Positions 46,318 to 53,493 of a stretch of DNA of 53,580 nt are shown in pieces. The DNA is from Acidobacteriota bacterium. GTDB taxonomy: Bacteria > Acidobacteriota > Blastocatellia > Pyrinomonadales > Pyrinomonadaceae. The position numbers and the translations under genes were made by a program. The stretch lies in contig JBDTWZ010000001.1 of the NCBI GenBank assembly GCA_040006435.1, forward strand, positions 1 to 53,580, written 5' to 3'. Each line of letters begins with the position of its first letter. The first letter of the stretch is position 1. Under the pieces are notes generated by a model. That model did not search any database, was not told the DNA's origin, and saw only the letters and a program-made list of their open reading frames with translations.

Positions 46318-47637
46318 TCAGTGTGCTTTTGCCGATACCTTTTTGACCATTCCTCCGATGACATCGCAAAAGCGATCCAGCTCGCTTAATTTCGTAAAAA
46401 TATTTGGTGTGATGCGGATACCCGAAAACTCATCGTGGACGGTGGGCGTCGCGATTATCTTGTGTTTCGCGATCAGCTCTGTGGCGATCTTTACCGGATC
46501 GGCGCCCCGCATATTAAAGTTTGCGATCGCGCAATATTGAGCCGGATCGAACGATGTGTTGAAGCTGATCCCATCCAGCCCCTTCAGCCGGTCCATCCAA
46601 TAACGCGAAAGATATCGGAGCCGCTCTTCTTTGCGTTTGGCACCGATGGCTTCGTGAAACAACAACGCCTCGCCGATCGAGAATCGCGTTGCCGACGAGT
46701 GTGTCCCGATCTCTTCGAACTTGCGGATATCGTTCTTGCCCTTATCGACCGACGCCATCAACGGCCAGACGTTGGAGATCTTGTCCTTGCGGACATACAG
46801 CAGGCCCGCCCCTTTCGGAGCATAGAGCCATTTATGAAGCGAGCTTCCGAGGTAGTCGCATTGCAGATCGTCGCGTTTAAAATTGAGCTGGGCAAAGGAA
46901 TGTGCTCCGTCGACGATCGTCTCGATCCCGCGCGCCCGAGCCATGTCGCAGATCTTCCGAACAGGCATTATTTGACCCGTCAGATAGGTCATGTGCGAGA
47001 TCAGAATGACCTTCGTTTTCGATGTGATCGCGGCCTCGATGGCATTGACGATCTCGTCCGTATTTTCGGGTGCGAGCGGGATCTTCACCAATTTTAGCGA
47101 CGGGCCCTCGCGCGCTTCCCGCTGTCTGAGAGCGGTCAGCATCCGCGGATAATCCTGCGTCGTGGTGAGCACTTCGTCACCGGACCTTAGATCGATACCG
47201 AACAACAATATCTGCAGCGATTCTGAAGCGTTTCGCGTGATGGCGATCTCATCCGGGTCGCAGCCAAACAACCGGGCGAGACCGGAGCGGATCGTTTCGG
47301 CCTGTGGAAGGAGCGTTTGCCACATCGTGTATGATGTCGCGTCTTCGTTGTACTTGTATCGGAAAAACGCCTCGGTGACCATGCGGGGGCTGGGGCTCGT
47401 CCATCCGCTGTTGAGGTTGAGATTTGTCCGCGAGATGGCGAACGCCTCGGCGATTACGTTCCAGTAGTCTTCATTCGTCGCGGCTTCAGCCGGAGAGAGA
47501 TAATCCACCACGCGGCCCGCTTCCAACACAGTTTCGTACAGCGATGAAACGGTTCTGGACAACAGCGCCATTAGCCCGAGACCCTTTCCGGCAGACGCGA
47601 GAAGCTTGCCGCGGCTCAATTTTATTGCTGTATCCAT
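46318..47637 (-). CDS. class V aminotransferase-fold PLP-dependent enzyme (isopenicillin-N-epimerase/cysteine-desulfurase-like)
   Basis: PLP-lysine motif SSLHKWLYAP and DGAHS. The N-terminus SRGKLLASAGKGLGLMALL looks signal/Tat-like. Confidence 0.8.
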   Translation of the reverse strand: MDTAIKLSRGKLLASAGKGLGLMALLSRTVSSLYETVLEAGRVVDYLSPAEAATNEDYWNVIAEAFAISRTNLNLNSGWTSPSPRMVTEAFFRYKYNEDATSYTMWQTLLPQAETIRSGLARLFGCDPDEIAITRNASESLQILLFGIDLRSGDEVLTTTQDYPRMLTALRQREAREGPSLKLVKIPLAPENTDEIVNAIEAAITSKTKVILISHMTYLTGQIMPVRKICDMARARGIETIVDGAHSFAQLNFKRDDLQCDYLGSSLHKWLYAPKGAGLLYVRKDKISNVWPLMASVDKGKNDIRKFEEIGTHSSATRFSIGEALLFHEAIGAKRKEERLRYLSRYWMDRLKGLDGISFNTSFDPAQYCAIANFNMRGADPVKIATELIAKHKIIATPTVHDEFSGIRITPNIFTKLSELDRFCDVIGGMVKKVSAKAH

Positions 47638-47640
47638 TTC

Positions 47641-47691
47641 GCAGTGTGATGAAGTAAAGCTGGGAACGCCTTCGCTTTTTTACTCACGCAC
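47641..47691 (-). repeat. GTGA/TCAC hairpin element (copy 3), ending 6 nt before the aminotransferase ATG
   Basis: Read on the minus strand: GGTGCGTGAGTAAAAAAGC...TTTACTTCATCACAC-TGCGAA-ATG. It shares GTG.GTGAG.TA and TACTTCA(T)CACAC with copy 1. The arms are only imperfectly complementary. Confidence 0.5.
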
Positions 47692-47758
47692 CTATCTTCA
47701 AGTGGTGATCCGCATCCAAACTCGGTAGCCATCATCATTTCTGTCTCAATATTCAAGG

Positions 47759-47791
47759 TTGATAATACGTTTCGCCGAGCCGTATTATCAA
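47759..47791. repeat. perfect 11-bp inverted repeat in intergenic region
   Basis: TTGATAATACG - 11 nt - CGTATTATCAA. No T-run on either side. Confidence 0.8.
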
Positions 47792-47951
47792 AGGGTCGAT
47801 GTTAATCGCTAGTTGAGCTTCCGCGAGTGGCTAAAGACTTTTGCAGTGCGTGGACGGCCGGTGATGTGGGGCGTTGGACGTATCTTTTAGGAAGTAAGCC
47901 ATCTAGCCTTTGGCGAACTCAATTCAAATTTCTGGTTTGATGTAAATACCC

Positions 47952-48521
47952 ATGCATAAAATTACAACCACACTTTTTGTTTTCCTTATTTCGGCCTTTT
48001 GCGGCGTCTCAACTTTTGCCCAGGGTCCGACGCTTGAAAACAAAAACTCCTTGATTTCACAGTTTCGTAAATTGACCGGCGCCGACAAAGTTAATTTGAC
48101 TCTAAATGTTTCGACGGATATTCGTGACGATTTCAAATCGCTATTGGCGGAGGAAAAAGACCTCACTGACGCGCAAAAACAGGAACTCACAAAATATATT
48201 GACGAGGCGAATGAGCGAATCGACAAAATAGCAAAGAGTGTTTTTGCCGACGAGCAAGCGATGACGAAGCTATCGGAGGAAGTCATTTTCCAAATTTATG
48301 ACAAGACGTTCACGGAGAACGAACTGAAAGAGCTGATCGCTTTCTACCAGACGCCCACGGGACAAAAGGCCGCGGCGTTTTTGCCGAGTTTGTCGAAGCA
48401 AGTTGAAGAGTCGTTTCGTCAATCAACTCTCGCACTGTTGCAGACTTTAGTCAGTCCGAAAATCGAAGCGGAACAGGCCCAGTTCCGACAAAAGCTGAAA
48501 GAGTTGAAAACCAAGAAATAG
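47952..48521 (+). CDS. DUF2059-like periplasmic protein
   Basis: Signal peptide and a LIAFYQTPTGQKA motif. Confidence 0.65.
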   Translation: MHKITTTLFVFLISAFCGVSTFAQGPTLENKNSLISQFRKLTGADKVNLTLNVSTDIRDDFKSLLAEEKDLTDAQKQELTKYIDEANERIDKIAKSVFADEQAMTKLSEEVIFQIYDKTFTENELKELIAFYQTPTGQKAAAFLPSLSKQVEESFRQSTLALLQTLVSPKIEAEQAQFRQKLKELKTKK

Positions 48522-48625
48522 CACTAAGCGTCACGAGAGCTCCAACGACTTAACGAGCCCCTTGCGAGACCGGGCCTTTCAATCACCGTCGCGTCGGGCG
48601 TCCTCACTTACGCGGGAGAGATAAC

Positions 48626-49039
48626 ATGCCGCCGTTAGTAATGCTCGCTTCGATCATTGTTCTGCTTGCCGGGCTGTACCTGGTCGTTCTAGCTGTTGTT
48701 GCGTTTGTCTCGCCCGAGCGGGCAAAGAGCTTTCTCTCCAGCTTCGCCGGTTCGGCAAATGCCCACTATCTCGAATTAATGTTGCGCTTCGTAACCGGAG
48801 CGGCGTTCGTCATATACGCGCCGGAGATGAAGTTCCCCGTTATCTTCTTTGTATTCGGTTGGGTCCTTATCGTGACGACGATCGTTCTGGTAGTGCTTCC
48901 CTGGCGACTGCATCATCGATTCGCGTCGTGGTCGGTTCCGATGGCGACACGCAGGATGCCGCTCCTTGCACTCGGGTCTCTCGCGGGTGGAGCGTTTGTG
49001 CTCCTGTCTGCCTTTCTCGGGGCTATATCTGAAAGGTAG
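48626..49039 (+). CDS. small integral membrane protein
   Basis: 137 aa with four hydrophobic helices. Confidence 0.6.
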   Translation: MPPLVMLASIIVLLAGLYLVVLAVVAFVSPERAKSFLSSFAGSANAHYLELMLRFVTGAAFVIYAPEMKFPVIFFVFGWVLIVTTIVLVVLPWRLHHRFASWSVPMATRRMPLLALGSLAGGAFVLLSAFLGAISER

Positions 49040-49088
49040 GGTCGATCTAAGATTCAAACGCCGACGAATCCCTGGCGTTCATTCCCGC

Positions 49089-49757
49089 TCAAATAACTTC
49101 CATGATTTCATCGAGCGGTTTTCGTTTGATGTCCGGTACTTTTGCGTCGTCAGCCGGACAACCTACCGGGATCAAAACAAAAGGCACTTCGTTCTTTGGC
49201 CGGCCGAGAATTTCCTGTAGAAACTTCATCGGGCTCGGCGTGTGCGTCAGCGTTGCGAGACCCATGTTATGAAGCGCGGCGAGCAGCATTCCGACCGCGA
49301 TGCCGACTGATTCCTGCGAATAATAGGTCGGCTCCGTGTCGCCGTCCTCGGCAACGGTCGTGATGCGAAACACGACTATCAAATACGGCGCGATCTCGAG
49401 AAAAGGCTTGTGCTCATCCGTCCCGAGCACCGCAAGCCTCCGCAGCCACTTCTCGCTCATACGGCCGTGATAGCTTTCGTATTCTTCTTTCTCCGCAGCC
49501 TCGCGGATTTTCCGCTTTACTTCAGCATCCCGGACGACGACAAACCGCCATGGCTGCATATTCGCACCCGATGGCGCCGTTCCGGCGGTCGCTATCGCTC
49601 GTTCGATCAAATCAAACGGCACGTCGCGGTCCGAGTAATCACGGACCGTGCGGCGGCTGTTCAGCAGATCGAAAAACTCGGTCGCGCGTGCTGCCTGCTC
49701 ACTATCCGCTACTTCGTGAAATTTAAGCGGAATGAAGATCGGTTCGGGTAAGTTCAT
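49089..49757 (-). CDS. nitroreductase-superfamily flavoprotein, iodotyrosine-deiodinase-like
   Basis: RRTVRDYS...TAGTAPSGANMQPWRFVVV FMN-binding core, EKEEYESYHGRM lid segment, and a C-terminus VPDIKRKPLDEIMEVI very close to the animal IYD C-terminus as I remember it. Confidence 0.75.
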   Translation of the reverse strand: MNLPEPIFIPLKFHEVADSEQAARATEFFDLLNSRRTVRDYSDRDVPFDLIERAIATAGTAPSGANMQPWRFVVVRDAEVKRKIREAAEKEEYESYHGRMSEKWLRRLAVLGTDEHKPFLEIAPYLIVVFRITTVAEDGDTEPTYYSQESVGIAVGMLLAALHNMGLATLTHTPSPMKFLQEILGRPKNEVPFVLIPVGCPADDAKVPDIKRKPLDEIMEVI

Positions 49758-49897
49758 ACTTCGGTATCTTTACAAACATCTGGCACTCGATATTATTATC
49801 TATCGATGCAATCGGCAATCGATGTGTTCGGCTGGAACTGCCACGCCAATCGGGGCATAATACCCCCACAACAAACAACCAGAAAAGGAGTGAGAAA

Positions 49898-50929
49898 ATG
49901 TCCACTGCACAACAGACTGAACCCGAGTTTCCGCCCCACGTGCAACTCGTACAGATGGTCAACGGCACTTGGATCGCGAAGATCATCTATGCGGCGGCGA
50001 AGCTCGGCCTTGCCGATCACCTTGCCGACGGTCCTAAGACGGCCGACGAATTGGCCGGGCCGACCGGGACGCACGCACAGTCGCTCCATCGTCTGATGCG
50101 GACGCTCGCGAGCCTCGGCGTTCTGACGTCGGTCGATGATCGAACCTATTCGCTCACGCCGATGGGAGAGGCGTTGAAGACCGGCGCTCCGGGTTCCGCC
50201 CGGTCCATCGCCCTCTCTTTCGGCAGCCCCGCGTTCGTGCTCGCGTTCGAAGAGATCATGCATTCTCTGAAGACTGGTGAGACTGGATTCGAAAAGGCAT
50301 TCGGAATGCCGGTCTTCGACTACTTCGCCCAGCATACGGATGAGGCGTCGTTGTTCAGCGAGACAATGGTCGGCCTCAACGGCGGTGAGGCTCTTGCGGT
50401 CGCGGAGGCATACGATTTCTCAGGCGTCGGCAGCGTGGTCGATGTCGGTGGAGCCACGGGCGGCATGCTCTCCGCAATACTCACTCGTCATGCCGGTCCG
50501 CGAGGCATATTGTTCGATATGGCACACGTCGTGGCCGATGCTCCGGCGCTCCTGGAAAAGAACGGCGTCGCGGATCGAGTCACGATCGAGAGCGGTAGTT
50601 TCTTTGAAAGCGTTCCGGCCGGCCACGACGCGTACGTGCTGTCGCACATCATCCACGACTGGGACGAAGAAAAGTGTCTTACCATCCTCGGCAACATTCG
50701 CAAAGCCATGAAGCCGGACGGCAAGTTGCTGATCGTCGAGATGGTCCTTCCGCCGGGCGACACTCCGCATCCGGGCAAGATCCTCGACATCGTGATGCTC
50801 GTCTGTCCCGGCGGCCAGGAACGAACTCCGGATGAATACGACGCGCTGCTCTCCAAGGCCGGCTTCCGCATGACCCGAGTTGTTCCTACCGATTCAGCGG
50901 TGAGTATCGTTGAGGCGATGATCGCGTAG
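49898..50929 (+). CDS. class I SAM-dependent O-methyltransferase (family 2, with N-terminal dimerisation/winged-helix domain)
   Basis: SAM motif VVDVGGATGG, the HIIHDW motif typical of plant/bacterial OMT family 2, and AAAGGAG upstream. Confidence 0.85.
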   Translation: MSTAQQTEPEFPPHVQLVQMVNGTWIAKIIYAAAKLGLADHLADGPKTADELAGPTGTHAQSLHRLMRTLASLGVLTSVDDRTYSLTPMGEALKTGAPGSARSIALSFGSPAFVLAFEEIMHSLKTGETGFEKAFGMPVFDYFAQHTDEASLFSETMVGLNGGEALAVAEAYDFSGVGSVVDVGGATGGMLSAILTRHAGPRGILFDMAHVVADAPALLEKNGVADRVTIESGSFFESVPAGHDAYVLSHIIHDWDEEKCLTILGNIRKAMKPDGKLLIVEMVLPPGDTPHPGKILDIVMLVCPGGQERTPDEYDALLSKAGFRMTRVVPTDSAVSIVEAMIA

Positions 50930-51012
50930 CAATGAGTGGTCGGTCGCGGCCAACAAAGATGCGGCAGTTGATCTCCGAGGCCAAGTGCCCGGGGAGCCAC
51001 GGCTACCGGCTG

Positions 51013-51207
51013 TTTAAATTGCCCCAACCTTTAGGTCGGGGTCACATGAGCGCTAAGCTCCGGCTTTAGCCGAAATATAAACAAAGCTTCCTTTTTGGCT
51101 ATAGGCGAATTCAGCTAAAGCTAAAGGGATTTTTTTTTCGATCGCATTCGGCTAAAGCCGGGTTCCGGACTCTTCTTACCCCGACCTAAAGGTCGGGGCA
51201 ATTTAAA
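51013..51207. mobile_element. 195-bp MITE-like palindromic element
   Basis: 30-bp terminal inverted repeats TTTAAATTGCCCCAACCTTTAGGTCGGGGT / ACCCCGACCTAAAGGTCGGGGCAATTTAAA (1 mismatch). Internal inverted repeat CCGGCTTTAGCCGAA (51060-74) / TTCGGCTAAAGCCGG (51147-61). No ORF. Confidence 0.8.
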
Positions 51208-51274
51208 TGATCCGGGGAAGGTTCTAATCTTGGAATCTGGGCGCCTTCCCCGCCTCGGCGGTAAGAGCCTCAAC

Positions 51275-51937
51275 CTAATCCAACACACCCAACTCATCAA
51301 GCGCTGTGAGCAGCTCCGACGGATCGCGATAGACGCGATAAGCGCCGGCGCTCGTTAATTCATCCTCGCCATAGCCGCCACTCAGAAGCCCGACGCTGAG
51401 CATCCCGGCACGACGCGCCGCGAGGATGTCCCAGACCGCATCGCCGACGACATAACAATCGAGAGGCGATGCGCCCAGGCGCTGCTGACACGCCAGAAAA
51501 AGATCCGGCGCCGGTTTCGCTCGAACGACGATGCCGCGATCGACGACTACGACATCGTCCCCGACACCGAGCGCCTCGAGCGACTTATCGATCTCCGGTC
51601 TTCTGCCGGAAGTCGCGATGCCGTACGTCACACCGTTCTGTTTCAAAAACTGAAGAAGCTCGACCGCACCGGGCAGCGGCCTCCGCGTCGGAGCAAGCTC
51701 TGTAAAGATCTCTCCATGTCGCCGCTGCAATGATTCCGTCTCGTCTTGTGTGAGCTTACGTTCAAGCTCGCGTGCAACGGCACGTGCAAACAACCCGCCG
51801 CTCATCCCGATCCGCCGGTGTATCCGCCATCCGTCGATCGCCATCCCAGCCTCTTCAAACGCCCGCTGCCACGAGAAAACGTGAGCATAAACCGTATCGA
51901 TCAATGTCCCGTCGAGATCGAAAATAAGTGCGTGCAT
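51275..51937 (-). CDS. HAD-superfamily hydrolase (phosphoglycolate phosphatase / beta-phosphoglucomutase-like)
   Basis: Motif I FDLDGTLIDT, motif II ATSG, motif III/IV VGDAVWD. Confidence 0.85.
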   Translation of the reverse strand: MHALIFDLDGTLIDTVYAHVFSWQRAFEEAGMAIDGWRIHRRIGMSGGLFARAVARELERKLTQDETESLQRRHGEIFTELAPTRRPLPGAVELLQFLKQNGVTYGIATSGRRPEIDKSLEALGVGDDVVVVDRGIVVRAKPAPDLFLACQQRLGASPLDCYVVGDAVWDILAARRAGMLSVGLLSGGYGEDELTSAGAYRVYRDPSELLTALDELGVLD

Positions 51938-52003
51938 GAATGAAGTTTAGCAGACGCGTACCCGCAAATCGGCGAGATGCCGACAAGGCACGCCGCGTCG
52001 GGC

Positions 52004-52175
52004 CGCGTAGCGGCCGCTCGCATTTAGCCGTGGCCTTCAGGCCACGGATGAAGGTCAACAAATCTTGCCGCGTCAGCGGCAATTGAGAATTCGTGCGGTC
52101 GCTACGCGACGCAATTGATTTTTCCGACTACCCGTGGCCTAAGGGCCACGGCTAAACTCGATTGACCGCGACGGG
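52004..52175. repeat. REP doublet of the same family as at 22.2-23.0 kb
   Basis: CCGCGTAGCGGCCGCTCGCATTTAGCCGTGGCCTTCAGGCCACGG...CTTGCCGCGTCAGCGGCAA, then an inverted, partly rearranged unit with core CCGTGGCCTAAGGGCCACGGCTAAA (52132-52155). Confidence 0.85.
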
Positions 52176-52260
52176 GGCAAAGAATTTGTAGGCCGTCGGC
52201 GTGAGCTCAGTCAAGATTGAAGCAGTGCGTGCATTTCACGAGATGGGTTAAAATATCTCC

Positions 52261-52476
52261 ATGTCAGTCGTAACAGATATAGAAAAACAAGCTCTCAACC
52301 TTCCCGAACAGGAAAGGGCGAAACTTGCGGATCGTTTGATCGCGTCGTTGCCACCCGACTTTGCTTCCGAGAAAGAGTTGGAAGAGGCCGAAAAACGCCG
52401 GCGTGAGTTAGACGAAGACCCCAGCAAGGCAATCACGCTTGAAAGGCTCGATGAAATGATCGCAATCGGCTGGTAA
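52261..52476 (+). CDS. putative addiction-module antitoxin component (TIGR02574-like)
   Basis: 71 aa with a LPEQERAKLADRLIASL...EEAEKRRRELDED pattern typical of this small helical antitoxin family. Confidence 0.65.
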   Translation: MSVVTDIEKQALNLPEQERAKLADRLIASLPPDFASEKELEEAEKRRRELDEDPSKAITLERLDEMIAIGW

Positions 52477-52601
52477 CTCGGCTGCCGTGTTAATAAACCG
52501 ACACCCAAAGCGACTTATCTCGACCCTCACCTCACCAAATGCCGATGGTGGCGGATAGTATTTACAGTTAGATTAGTCGTGCAAGTCCCTCGGACAAACA
52601 C

Positions 52602-52841
52602 ATGACAGATTTTGAGGTCGTCAGCGAGATAACTGACATCGAAACAATAGCTACCGGCACGGGCGTTCGGTATCGAGCGAGGCTTCGGAAACAATACGGC
52701 GGTGGTCGGTGTTGAAAATTGAAAGGAACAGCCTATGTCCGCCTGGCCAGTGATAGAATACGGTTAGCAGAAGTTCACTGGTACGAGGCACACGGTATCG
52801 GCAAGAAGGAATATAAGCTGAAAGTGCCGTTTTTGGACTGA
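52602..52841 (+). pseudogene. small conserved hypothetical gene interrupted by an in-frame TGA at 52713-52715
   Basis: A single 79-codon frame runs ATG 52602 to TGA 52839 with one internal TGA (codon 38). The downstream half ends in EVHWYEAHGIGKKEYKLK. A 1-nt gap separates it from the next ORF. Confidence 0.55.
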
Positions 52842-52842
52842 T

Positions 52843-53085
52843 ATGAAAGGAAGACATTTGGCACTCTGTCTGAACAACGATGGATATAAGGCGTCGCTCG
52901 AGGTGGGCAAAGTTTACCCCGTAATAAAGGATAGGACGGCAGAAAAGGAAGGGTATTTACGCGTGATCGATGAGAGTGGCGACGACTATGCCTTTGCCGC
53001 AGATCGTTTTCATATAGTTGAGGTTCCTCTGAAGGTGAAGAGGACACTCGCCGCACATGCGGACGTATTTGCGAGTTTAGCTTAA
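52843..53085 (+). CDS. small conserved hypothetical protein (partner of the interrupted upstream ORF)
   Basis: 80 aa. The motif GYKASLEVGKVYPV...GYLRVIDESGDDYAFAADRF recurs, to my memory, in small two-gene cassettes of cyanobacteria and soil bacteria. Confidence 0.6.
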   Translation: MKGRHLALCLNNDGYKASLEVGKVYPVIKDRTAEKEGYLRVIDESGDDYAFAADRFHIVEVPLKVKRTLAAHADVFASLA

Positions 53086-53238
53086 TGCACCAAACCGCGA
53101 ATGCCCAGTTCCCCAGCTTGATAATATCGAACCCGCCACTAACCGTAAGCACTGATCTCGGTGCTTAATTGCGATGACATGCGGAGGATGGCGCACAATA
53201 TTTGATTGGAAAAAGAGTAATGTCAGAATCGAAACGCA

Positions 53239-53493
53239 ATGACTGAATTAGTTTGGGCAATCCCTCTACCAGTTATCGTATTTCTATGGTCGCTCAATGA
53301 GTTCATGCGAGGGCGCCTTACCCAGATTATTAGTGGCGCCCTAGCGTTGCTCATATTGGGATTTATTCTCACAGCCTTCATTTTGTCCGGATGGGTTTAT
53401 GGTCTAATCGCCCTGATCGGGTCGTTTGTGCTAGGAGCGGTATTTCATTACCACGCAGGATTGATAGCCAGTACATTTATCAAATATCAATGA
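53239..53493 (+). CDS. small integral membrane protein
   Basis: 84 aa with three hydrophobic helices. The stop overlaps the next ATG (ATGA). Confidence 0.5.
   Translation: MTELVWAIPLPVIVFLWSLNEFMRGRLTQIISGALALLILGFILTAFILSGWVYGLIALIGSFVLGAVFHYHAGLIASTFIKYQ

Noticed and set aside
52713-52715. In-frame TGA as selenocysteine or Trp recoding
   Set aside because: TGA terminates many clear genes here (pgi, ybbA, ybbP). I saw no SECIS-like hairpin directly downstream. A nonsense mutation is the simpler explanation.
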